A DNA stretch of 60,510 bases, from positions 1 to 60,510 of IMG/VR virus record IMGVR_UViG_3300010052_000208; one strand, 5' to 3'. Positions 9,638-18,259 of this stretch are shown here, one piece after another. The first letter of the stretch is position 1. Each line of letters starts with the position of its first letter. A model generated the notes under the pieces. The model did no database searches. It was not told where the DNA came from and saw only the letters and a list, made by a program, of their open reading frames with translations. The DNA is from a virus (Duplodnaviria > Caudoviricetes). Position numbers and translations under genes: made by a program.

Positions 9638-9868
9638 CTACCTCCTTTCAACACGCGCGATTGCATCGCCGACGGTCCGGATCGCGGCCATCTCGTCGTC
9701 GGTGATCTCGATCCCGAATTCTTCCTCAAGCGTCATGATGATCTCGACGTGGTCGAGGCTGTCGCCGCCGAGATCCTCGATGATCGAGGCCGAAGGGATG
9801 GCGCGCTCGGCAGGCACACCGAGATGCTTGGCGATGATCGAAGTGACGCGGGCTTTGATGTCAGTCAT
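9638..9868 (-). CDS. acpP: Acyl carrier protein
   Basis: DLGGDSLDHVEIIMTLEEEFGIEI...TVGD with the phosphopantetheine Ser. Confidence 0.9.
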   Translation of the reverse strand: MTDIKARVTSIIAKHLGVPAERAIPSASIIEDLGGDSLDHVEIIMTLEEEFGIEITDDEMAAIRTVGDAIARVERR

Positions 9869-9883
9869 GGACGATCTCCAGTC

Positions 9884-10237
9884 TCAGGCCGTCGCCAGGG
9901 CGGCGGCTTCAGCTGCGGGTGGCGGCGCAATCGGCGGCTGGATGGACGAGATCGCAACGATCGCGGCGGCGAGCATCTGAAGCCCGATCGGGTCGGTGTT
10001 CGCCCGCTGGTCGCCGTCAAGAACCCGCTCCGCGAAATCGAGGACGGCCTCGAAGCCTGCAGGCGCAACGATCACGGTGCCGTCGCCGGCGGTCAGCGCG
10101 ATGTCGCCCGGCCTGAAGGGATGGTCGACCAGGCCGGCTTTAGTCATCACCTTGGTGACGCCGGGTTCGGAGACGACCTGCACGAGGCGCTCACCCTTCC
10201 TGAACCTATCGATGACGTTGGCCCTGATCTCTTTCAT
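9884..10237 (-). CDS. Hypothetical protein
   Basis: ORF in operon. Confidence 0.6.
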   Translation of the reverse strand: MKEIRANVIDRFRKGERLVQVVSEPGVTKVMTKAGLVDHPFRPGDIALTAGDGTVIVAPAGFEAVLDFAERVLDGDQRANTDPIGLQMLAAAIVAISSIQPPIAPPPAAEAAALATA

Positions 10238-10315
10238 GCGGCTTCTCTTTTTGACAAAGCGGTGGCGTCCGCCGCCCTCAAACCAGGGCGGCGGGTCTCC
10301 AAATGCTGATGCAAA

Positions 10316-11566
10316 CTAGCCGTCTTCGCCGGGCTGCCTCTCGGCCTCTCCGGTGTCAAATCCGAGCAACCAGGCCTCCGACAGGGCTTCATCCTTGCGG
10401 TACGCGGCGGGCATCGATTTGCGGACCTGCTTGTTCGCGCGGGCCTGGGCGCCTTCGGCGCGGGCCTTCGCGAGTGGATCGCCGTCGCCCGACGGTTCGG
10501 TGGTATCGGGCGACGGCTTCACGGCGGCTTGGGCCGGGGTCGGGGCTTGGGGGCTGCCCTCACCGCCTTCGGAGCCCGCAACGGGGCCGGGCTCCGAACT
10601 CTTCGTTTCCTTGGGTTTCGCCTTCTCGGCGGGTTTCGCCTCGGCCGGCTTGGCCTTGTCGGGCTGCTTGGCCTCCGCGGGTTTCTGATCCGCCGCGGGC
10701 TGCTGCTGTCCACCAGCAAACTCGTCGAGCTTCTTGTCGCTCTCGCCATCGCCGGCGGGATCCTCCTTGCCTTCGCCGGCAGCGGCGATCGGCGGGAAGG
10801 TCTCGTCCAGCGTCGCCATGCCATCCTGAACCGCCTTCATCATGGCGATGATTCTGGCGATGTCAGGCGCCAGCCAATCCGCCGCCTTGCGGCCGACGAC
10901 GGTCTCGACGCGGATCAGCTCGACGTGTTCCTGGATGCGGTCCACGGTGATGCCGCGCCACTTGGCGATGTCCTTGCCGATCTTCTCGACAAGGGCACCC
11001 TTGGCTTCTTCGAACGCGAAGTCGGCAAAGGTCTGCAGCGCGTTGACGGTGACGTTGCGGATCGCCTTCGAGGCTCCGATCTGCAACGCGATATCAAGCC
11101 GGCGGCTGTCGTCGGAGCCGCCGATCCGGGAGCCGCCCTTGTTCTGCTGGAACGGCCGCACCAGCGAATAGCCGGTCTCGAGGTCGACGAACCGGGCATA
11201 GATCATCCAGGCCTGCCCGACGTCCTGCACCCTGACGTCGATGTCGCAGTTGCCGTAGAGGCGGGCAAGATCGTTCGCGAGCTTGATGGAAGGCCCCTCG
11301 ATCCAGTCGGTCCGGTTGTCCTTCCGGTTCTTGACCGGGAACCGATAGTACCAGTCCGTTCCTGCGGCTGCGGCGAGCGCCTTCAGCTTGCCGAGGACGC
11401 GGGCCTCGTCGCGGTAGACGGCCACCTTCTGGGCGCCAACCACGCGATCGACGGGCGCCGCGAACGCTGGTATCGCAGCGACCTCTCCTCTGCTTTGCTC
11501 GCCCTGCCGGGCAAACTGATCGAGCGCCGAGTAGCGCTCCTCCCGTTCTGCTGTCACGGTTTCCAT
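10316..11566 (-). CDS. Probable single-strand annealing/recombination protein with long disordered C-terminal linker
   Basis: Directly downstream of YqaJ nuclease; GPSIKLA..LARLYGN core. Confidence 0.55.
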   Translation of the reverse strand: METVTAEREERYSALDQFARQGEQSRGEVAAIPAFAAPVDRVVGAQKVAVYRDEARVLGKLKALAAAAGTDWYYRFPVKNRKDNRTDWIEGPSIKLANDLARLYGNCDIDVRVQDVGQAWMIYARFVDLETGYSLVRPFQQNKGGSRIGGSDDSRRLDIALQIGASKAIRNVTVNALQTFADFAFEEAKGALVEKIGKDIAKWRGITVDRIQEHVELIRVETVVGRKAADWLAPDIARIIAMMKAVQDGMATLDETFPPIAAAGEGKEDPAGDGESDKKLDEFAGGQQQPAADQKPAEAKQPDKAKPAEAKPAEKAKPKETKSSEPGPVAGSEGGEGSPQAPTPAQAAVKPSPDTTEPSGDGDPLAKARAEGAQARANKQVRKSMPAAYRKDEALSEAWLLGFDTGEAERQPGEDG

Positions 11567-11567
11567 T

Positions 11568-12494
11568 TCAGCCGTTTCCCTTCTCTCTGCGGTCGGTGAC
11601 CCGGAGCGGCCTGATGGTCGAGGCCTCCACGGTGTATTCCTTGCGATGCTGCGTCTTCCACGTCAGCTTGAACCCGGGGACGAGCGCTTCTTCCGCGTCG
11701 CCCATCTTGGACTTGATCTCGGTGTCGAGGTCGTCGACGCGCTCGCTGTCAGCCTTGATGCGCGCCTTAAGGTCGGCGCGCTCGGCGAGCAGGACGGGCA
11801 TGCGATTGTCGGCGCGGAGGTCTATCGTCTTCCCGGGCTGGTGTTCCGGGTACATCGATGACAGCAGCTCGCCGTCTGCCTGGTAGTCGACCTTGGGCTG
11901 CCGGCCCGCAGCGATGTCCGCCCAGAACGTCTTGACGATTTCTCTGACCCTGGCCTCCGCGTCGGCGTGGCGCGGAACTTCGTCGACGACAAGCTCGGCC
12001 GAGAAGGTGTCGATGACCAGCGCGGCGATCAGGCTGGTACGGGCATTCAGCATCAGGCCCTCGGCAAGGGTCTGCAGCTGGTACTTCAGCGGCGCCCTGC
12101 CATCGTCCCATTCCTTTTCGAAGATCGGTTTCGCGACGACCTTGCATTGGACGTTGATGATGCCCGGTTCGGCTCCATCCTCCGCGATGCAGTCCGGAGT
12201 TGCGCCCATGCGGATCTCGGTGTCACGCAGATAGACTCCGGCGCGACGGATGTCCCACGTCGGAAAGCGTTCCCTGAGAGCCTCGATCACGGCTGGCTCC
12301 AGCCAGCGGCCGCGCCGCATCATGTTGTTGTCGGAATCGTCTTGGAACTGTCCCGTCTTCTCGGCATAGACCCGGAGCGCTGACCGGTAGCGGTCGACGC
12401 CGGCGACAGCGCCGATATCCGAGGCGGTAAGGTCCTTGCGGCGCTCGGCAAGCCAGGCGGTGCGGTCGGCGGGTCGTAGAACTTCAACTGACAT
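11568..12494 (-). CDS. YqaJ-like viral recombination exonuclease
   Basis: WLAERRKDLTASD, GRWLEP, ATPD, QCK, YQLQ. Confidence 0.88.
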   Translation of the reverse strand: MSVEVLRPADRTAWLAERRKDLTASDIGAVAGVDRYRSALRVYAEKTGQFQDDSDNNMMRRGRWLEPAVIEALRERFPTWDIRRAGVYLRDTEIRMGATPDCIAEDGAEPGIINVQCKVVAKPIFEKEWDDGRAPLKYQLQTLAEGLMLNARTSLIAALVIDTFSAELVVDEVPRHADAEARVREIVKTFWADIAAGRQPKVDYQADGELLSSMYPEHQPGKTIDLRADNRMPVLLAERADLKARIKADSERVDDLDTEIKSKMGDAEEALVPGFKLTWKTQHRKEYTVEASTIRPLRVTDRREKGNG

Positions 12495-12946
12495 AATGAA
12501 AGTCTCCCCCTCAATTGCACTGAACATGGAAAGCAGCGCGAGATACGCCGGGAACGTCCCTAGTAACGCCGTCGTAATTGCTGCCGCTTTCAGATGAGAC
12601 CTTGCCGATAGTCTTTGCAACGTCCGCAAGTTCCGACCGAGGTGGCTCAGGCTGGCGATAGCCGAGTCGAACTTCGAACGTCCGGACAAGCTCGGCGATC
12701 TGCTGCTCCTTGTTGAAGCCGAGGCGCTTCGCCCAATTCAGGACATCAAAGCTGCACTCGGCAAGGTCGCGGAGCTGCTCGCCGCTTAGCCGCGAAGCGG
12801 GGACCATCAGCGAGCCTCCCGCCTGATGTGACAGGACCCGAGCCGGCGCCACATGGCCTCGTAGCGGTCGGCGTCAATCGCCTCCGCGAACTCACCGAAG
12901 AACATCGGCTGCGGCGGCATGGTCAGGGCATAGATGACGACGCGGA

Positions 12947-13300
12947 TCATGACCCGACCCCACCCCTAACGCCCCAGATGCAGAGCGCGATCAGGCCAGC
13001 GGTCGCCAGGATCGCAGCCGCCATGCAGATCCAGCCGACCAGGTCAGAATGGGGGCGGTCCTCGAATGGCTCCGCCGCATCCGGCGCGATCCTGATCTCG
13101 TGCGGGTAAAGCGGGATGTCGAGTTCGTTCTCGATAATCGTTGCGTAGTCGAGCGGCGGCGCCTCAGCGATCTCCGCCCTGCCCGCCTTGCGGCGGCGCT
13201 CCATCTCGTCGGCGAATCGGGCGGAGGAAATGGCATGGGCATCGGCCCAGCCGCGAAGTTGCGAGTCGGAGGCGGTCTGAATTCTTGGGTGGTCGCTCAT
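12947..13300 (-). CDS. Hypothetical protein with C-terminal TM helix
   Basis: Hydrophobic C-terminal segment. Confidence 0.55.
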   Translation of the reverse strand: MSDHPRIQTASDSQLRGWADAHAISSARFADEMERRRKAGRAEIAEAPPLDYATIIENELDIPLYPHEIRIAPDAAEPFEDRPHSDLVGWICMAAAILATAGLIALCIWGVRGGVGS

Positions 13301-13451
13301 GGGACCACCACGGGGCTCGTCGCGATCGCCCAGGCGACGAAGTACCAGCCGCTGAGCGCGGCGGCGATCGCGACCAGCTTTGCCGCGTCGGAAAGAAATT
13401 CGAGGAAGGCTGATATCTCAGACATCGGGGCAAGCACCTTGTTGCCCCTAT

Positions 13452-13491
13452 AGGCTTCCCCAAAATGGGATAGTCGTCAACCCATTGTGGG
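13452..13491 (-). promoter_or_regulatory. pL/oL: TTGACG -35 flanked by two CCCA-N3-TGGG operators
   Basis: CCCAAAATGGG (13459-13469), CGTCAA (13475-13480), CCCATTGTGGG (13481-13491). Confidence 0.75.
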
Positions 13492-13696
13492 AAATTATTT
13501 TCGGACTGATTTTGGCGGAAATAAGCACGCGCTCGCGCGGAGACGCAAACCACGAATCGTTGAGTGGGGTGGACGCGTAAGCGTCCAACCATCAACCTCC
13601 AGGGACACGGAATCGTTTCGCGTAGAGCTCTACGTTTAAGGGTAGAGATAATCTTCTACCGCGCATGCGCGCGATACCGCGCGCGCGAGGATTGCC

Positions 13697-14422
13697 CTAT
13701 TTCAGCTTCACCAGCTGGCCCTCGTCGAGGTCGTAGACCGCTTTGCCGAACAGCGTATAAGCGCCGGTGACGTAGGCGAGGATCGTTATCGATTCGCCCT
13801 CGATCTCGCCATCACGAGGGACCGAGATCGCTCGATGTTTGTCATTGGTCGAATCAGGGACAAAGGCGATTCCTCCCCTCTCTTTCCAGAACTTTTTGCA
13901 GGTCAGTTCGCGCTCCTGGCCGTCGAATCGCATCCGCTCAACGACCACGATGTCGCCGGGCTCGATGTCCCGATAGAACTCGACGAAATCCTTGTAATCT
14001 ATGCCTACGGCGAACATGCCGTCGAGCAGGCCGGCGCGGTTCATCGAGTCTCCAGCGATTTGCCAGACGTATTGCCTGGCGCGCTTGTATCGAGGATCCG
14101 GCGCGATCGGCACCACCCGACGACGGTCGTCGTTGTGGACGTCGACCTCACGGAAGGCGCCAGCTTCGGCGACCCCGGCAAACTCTAGGAAGCCCTGCAG
14201 GCCAGCAGAACGGTCGGCGGGCATCACGTCATCATCTTCGGCGATGATATCGCTCGGCGGGACCCTGAAAGTGCGCGAGGCGCGCATGATGTAATCCTCG
14301 TTGAGTCGGCGATCGCCGCGCTCAAGCTTGATGTATTGGCCTTTGGACACGCGCATGCCTTCAGCGGCTTGCTGCTGCGTCATCCCCTTGGAATTTCGTA
14401 TTGATTTCAGGTTGTTGCCCAT
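13697..14422 (-). CDS. cI: CI-like repressor (XRE HTH plus S24 peptidase)
   Basis: N-terminal HTH, AG scissile site, GDSM catalytic Ser and TCKK Lys. Confidence 0.92.
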   Translation of the reverse strand: MGNNLKSIRNSKGMTQQQAAEGMRVSKGQYIKLERGDRRLNEDYIMRASRTFRVPPSDIIAEDDDVMPADRSAGLQGFLEFAGVAEAGAFREVDVHNDDRRRVVPIAPDPRYKRARQYVWQIAGDSMNRAGLLDGMFAVGIDYKDFVEFYRDIEPGDIVVVERMRFDGQERELTCKKFWKERGGIAFVPDSTNDKHRAISVPRDGEIEGESITILAYVTGAYTLFGKAVYDLDEGQLVKLK

Positions 14423-14509
14423 AACGGGACCATGTAGCACGTCAGGAGCGTTAGCGATGTTTCCCAAATAGGGTTGACGCAATTACCCATTATGGGCAAC
14501 TTTGCGCCC
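14418..14509 (+). promoter_or_regulatory. pR/oR: three operators around TTGACG-N17-CAACTT; cro probably leaderless
   Basis: CCCATAACGGG (14418-14428), CCCAAATAGGG (14463-14473), TTGACG (14474-14479), CCCATTATGGG (14486-14496); ATG at 14510. Confidence 0.75.
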
Positions 14510-14722
14510 ATGACACTCGCTGAATTTGTCAAAGCCACAAGCATTCCCCTGGACGAGCTCGCCGCGAAGATCGGCGATTGCTCGGTTTCCGGCTTGAGGA
14601 AGTGGATCAATCGCGAGCGGATCCCGCAGAAAGATCAGATGGAGCGCATCGTCGCCGCGACTGATGGCCAGGTGCTCCCGAACGATTTCTATGACCTCCC
14701 GAAAGCGGAGGCCGCTGAATGA
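14510..14722 (+). CDS. cro: Cro-like HTH regulator
   Basis: Divergent from cI; IVAATDGQVLPNDF C-terminal motif. Confidence 0.85.
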   Translation: MTLAEFVKATSIPLDELAAKIGDCSVSGLRKWINRERIPQKDQMERIVAATDGQVLPNDFYDLPKAEAAE

Positions 14723-14892
14723 TTTCCCCGCGCATCCTCCCATTTGCGCGAACCGGCCGCCGGAGCTTCTCTTCCCGGCGGCCGGCCATGGTGGCCCACG
14801 TATTTCGTTCTGCGTCCGTGGGTCTTCCAACTTTCTCCGTCTGCTCATCGCTGCACCCCAGAAGTTCCGTCGCTGGAAACAGGGGTAGCGGT

Positions 14893-15304
14893 CATGGACT
14901 TGCAGCAGCGCAAAAATCCTTTGCGCGAAAATCAAAAATCCTTTGCGCCGGGTGCAAAGATGTCTGAGACCTACGTCAGCCAGGCGCAGGGCTGGGCGGA
15001 ATTCCTCGTTCGCAAGGAATATCGCGGCCCGGGCGATACTCTCGACGCCGCGATGGCAAGGTGCGAGCGGAAGCACCAAATCTCCCGGTCGGTCTTGTGG
15101 GGGCTTCGATACCGGCCGCCCCGAGACCTGATGGTGAGCCTGTATATGCGTCTGCGTGATGCGTACGAGGCCGAGCTCGCGAAGCTCGACCAGCGACTCG
15201 AGGATGAAATCCGCAAGGCGGAATTGCTGGGTACAGATGCGACCAATTCGAAAGCTTATCGCATGGCTGTCGCTGCTCTGGGAAAACCGGAGGCGAGAGC
15301 GTGA
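14893..15304 (+). CDS. Hypothetical protein, possibly CII-like (start uncertain)
   Basis: Position after cro; LWGLRYRPP motif. Confidence 0.5.
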
Positions 15305-15993
15305 CCGTCTACTTCATCAGCCGCAAAGACAGCAAGGAGAGTCCGGTCAAGATCGGCGTGACAGCCGACCTGGGAGCCCGGCTGTCGGGCCTCCAGACAA
15401 GCCACCATGAAGAGCTAGAGATAGTTGCCGAGGTCGAGGGAGGTCCTGAAACCGAGGCCTATTTTCACGAAATCCTGTCGGCCCACAGAATCCGCGGAGA
15501 ATGGTTCCGGCGTACCCACGAAGTCGACGCGGTCATTGACAGGGTTCGCCGGTCAGGCGCGTCCGCCCTTCCACTATCGGATCCCGGACTGCCTGACCGG
15601 CGCTTCATTCCCAACCAAGATGTCAAGGTCGCCCAGCAGGTCAGTCGCTACATCGCGGCCCGCCTCTATCCGGTCGAGCCGCTGAAATTTGTACTGCCGG
15701 GAATCGCGCGCCGGTTGCGACGTTATTGCCCCTCGATGCGAGAGGGTAGGTTCAAGGCCCTTCTGTATGGTGAAGCTCGCCGGGTAGACCACTTTGAAAT
15801 GCGGGCCCTGATTGCGCTACGCGATGAGGTTAATCGCATAGACAGCGCCCGCGCGCACTTGGCAGCGATCCCGACGATCGTCGCTCATATGAGGGCAGCG
15901 GGTGCGCCATTCGACGATCGTCAGCTTAAGGTCGTAGATCAGTTTGTTGAAAGATGCCTCCGCGAGGCAGATGAACCGGCCGGAGACGCCTGA
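15301..15993 (+). CDS. GIY-YIG (T5orf172/MUG113-like) domain protein
   Basis: VYFI..VKIG..RL..LQT..E..H..HRIRGEWF. Confidence 0.82.
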   Translation: MTVYFISRKDSKESPVKIGVTADLGARLSGLQTSHHEELEIVAEVEGGPETEAYFHEILSAHRIRGEWFRRTHEVDAVIDRVRRSGASALPLSDPGLPDRRFIPNQDVKVAQQVSRYIAARLYPVEPLKFVLPGIARRLRRYCPSMREGRFKALLYGEARRVDHFEMRALIALRDEVNRIDSARAHLAAIPTIVAHMRAAGAPFDDRQLKVVDQFVERCLREADEPAGDA

Positions 15994-16295
15994 TGCGGCC
16001 GGCGATCAAGGACGTGGAGCCATCGGTCAGGCGAACGATCGAAGACTGGCTGCGGGAGAACGGCGGACCCCGCCGCTTTAAGCAGGGTACATCGAACGAC
16101 TTCGACGCCGTCAGGCATTACCTGGCCGAGCGGGGCTACGGTGCCAAGTTCTCACAGCGCGGCGACGTCGCCGTCGAGAAGGCCGGCGAGAAAACGCGCA
16201 AGCTGACCGTCGCCGCGTTCTTCCGGTTCGTCGATACGATCCGCATTTCCGAGGGCCTGGAGCCCTATCTCGCGCCGGCGGGTGACCGGCCATGA
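15993..16295 (+). CDS. Hypothetical protein
   Basis: Coupled at both ends. Confidence 0.7.
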   Translation: MRPAIKDVEPSVRRTIEDWLRENGGPRRFKQGTSNDFDAVRHYLAERGYGAKFSQRGDVAVEKAGEKTRKLTVAAFFRFVDTIRISEGLEPYLAPAGDRP

Positions 16296-17629
16296 GCCCA
16301 GCGATCGCCAAATGGGAGCGGATGTCGCTGGAGCGGCAGACCGCCGCTGTCCGCGAGCTGCTTGCCCAGGATCAGGCCCCTAGCACGATCGCCTTCAAGC
16401 TGAAGGCTCCCCGCAAGGAAGTCGATCGGCTCTCCGCGCTGATCCGGCGCGAAGGGTGGGCCAAGTCAGAAGATCAGGAATCGCAAAGCGGCGAAGGCGA
16501 CGCGGTACCGCCGACGCCATCCTTGGGAGCGTCGCCGGCCGGGCGCGACAGCGATGAAAGCCCGGCAGCCGACGAGGTGAGCGCTGGCCCGGGAGGGCAG
16601 CCGAACCCCGCAAATGGGCAAATTGCCCCGGTATCCAATCCGGCCCTCGTCGGCGACCCCAATCCCGTAGCGAAAGCCTCCGAGGACAACGGCAGGATCA
16701 GCGGCGTGGCCGCCCCTGCGACGGGAGAGGCGAGTAGGCAACGTCGGCGGAGGCGTGACGGCGGGGAGAGACCCGCACCCAATTTGCCGGAAACGGCATC
16801 CGAGTCAGGCGGGTTCGACTCCCGCTCGTTGACCGAGGTCGTGGTGAGATCGCGGGTTCAAGTCCCGCCCGGCGATGCCTTCGGGGTCGCTAAGGGAGGC
16901 CCCACCGGTATGGGGCGGTCTGACGGCCGGGAAAGACCGGCAACCCGTTCAGAGAAACCGGCCACCTCCTCCCGGTCGGCGCCCGAGGCGGCACCTCCTC
17001 CCGCCGTCTCGGGCAATCTTCCGGCAGCGCCTGATCCATCGATCCCATGGACGATGCTCAGCTCGCGACAGAAGGAAGCCGCCGTGCTGCCATTGGCAAA
17101 GGCCGGGCTGTCAGCCTCCGCGATCGCCAGCAGACTCCGGCTCGACAGCCGCAATCAGGTTATCACCGTGATCGCGCGGCTTCAGGTAGCGGGCCATCTG
17201 CCGCCAGCCGGGTCGGCGAGGGGCGCAAGGACGCCGCGGTCAACGAAGGTGGCGGCACCCAAGATTGCAAAACCATCGCCGCTTTTGGCTGTCCTCCCAG
17301 GCGGGAAGCCGAAAACCAACCAGTTTGATTTCAAGCAGCGCGCGGCCGACCGCGCCTCATCACAGGGCCTTGCGCCGCATCTCATCGCCGGCGACGCGCG
17401 TGAGCCCATCCTCCTTGAGGTCCCGCAATCGCGCCGGCTGACCCTCCTGCAGCTCACGGAGCAGACCTGCAAGTGGCCGGCAGGCGATCCGCTTAGCGAC
17501 GACTTCTCGTTTTGCGGGACCGCCACCGGCGAGTTCGGCCCGTACTGCTCCTACCACAGCAGCCTGGCTTACACGCCGGCTAACCAACGTCAGAAAGCCG
17601 GGCTGCGCTCGGCGGAAAGGATTCGCTGA
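16292..17629 (+). CDS. gcrA: GcrA-family regulator with extra N-terminal HTH and long linker
   Basis: GLSASAIASRL..SRNQVI HTH; LLQLTEQTCKWPAGDP..FSFCG..PYCSYH...AY C-terminal domain. Confidence 0.88.
   Translation: MSPAIAKWERMSLERQTAAVRELLAQDQAPSTIAFKLKAPRKEVDRLSALIRREGWAKSEDQESQSGEGDAVPPTPSLGASPAGRDSDESPAADEVSAGPGGQPNPANGQIAPVSNPALVGDPNPVAKASEDNGRISGVAAPATGEASRQRRRRRDGGERPAPNLPETASESGGFDSRSLTEVVVRSRVQVPPGDAFGVAKGGPTGMGRSDGRERPATRSEKPATSSRSAPEAAPPPAVSGNLPAAPDPSIPWTMLSSRQKEAAVLPLAKAGLSASAIASRLRLDSRNQVITVIARLQVAGHLPPAGSARGARTPRSTKVAAPKIAKPSPLLAVLPGGKPKTNQFDFKQRAADRASSQGLAPHLIAGDAREPILLEVPQSRRLTLLQLTEQTCKWPAGDPLSDDFSFCGTATGEFGPYCSYHSSLAYTPANQRQKAGLRSAERIR
16496..16942 (+). ncRNA. Putative structured RNA array inside gcrA linker
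   Basis: About 10 consecutive stem-loops with GAAA, GGGA and UUCG tetraloops and two T-arm-like hairpins. Confidence 0.5.
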
Positions 17630-18132
17630 TGCCGAAAGTGCATGAAGGCGCTAACCGCGCGACCGAATCGGAGGCGGCGTCGTTCGCCGACGAGCTCGAT
17701 CGGATGGAGCAGGATCGCGAGAATCGGCTCGCCCAGATCGACGCAGAGTTCAAACGCAAGAAGCGCGATCTCAACAAGTCGATCAATTCCGACCAGGCAG
17801 CGATCTACGCCGACGCCAAGAAGGTAGGCGTCAAGAAGGGCGTGCTCTCGGCGATCGTCAACGGCCAGCGCCGTATCCGCAAATACGAGGAAGGCCTCGC
17901 TGGTGCCCGCGAGAAGGCTGTCAGCGCGATCGACGAGCTCGAGGACGAGGACCGCAGCTATGCGCGCGGCATCGTCGAGGCGCTCGGCGCCGACTTCGCC
18001 GGCTTCGGGCTCGGAGCGGCGGCTGTCGCGGCTGATGTCACGAAGCCGAACGGGGTCGATCCGGTCGCTGCCGCTGCTGCCAAGGCCTGGGGCGAGGAGG
18101 ACGCGCCGCCGGCTGCAGCTGGTCCTCACTGA
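17629..18132 (+). CDS. Possible GapR/DUF2312-like nucleoid protein
   Basis: Coiled coil plus DQAAIYADAKKVGVKKGVLSAIV, resembling the GapR DIKEVYAEAK..G motif. Confidence 0.45.
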   Translation: MPKVHEGANRATESEAASFADELDRMEQDRENRLAQIDAEFKRKKRDLNKSINSDQAAIYADAKKVGVKKGVLSAIVNGQRRIRKYEEGLAGAREKAVSAIDELEDEDRSYARGIVEALGADFAGFGLGAAAVAADVTKPNGVDPVAAAAAKAWGEEDAPPAAAGPH

Positions 18133-18259
18133 CATCGCGGAATTCTGGGCGGACTTGCCGGTGGCTGCAGCGGAATCAAACGCGGAGTGAACCGGACGGA
18201 ACGGCGACGCGAAGCTCGTGACAGACCGGAGAGACGGTCATCTAACCCGAGGAACCTTC

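Noticed and set aside
16809-16868. Two T-arm hairpins called as full tRNA genes
   Set aside because: No matching D and anticodon arms or CCA end; reported only as tRNA-like elements.
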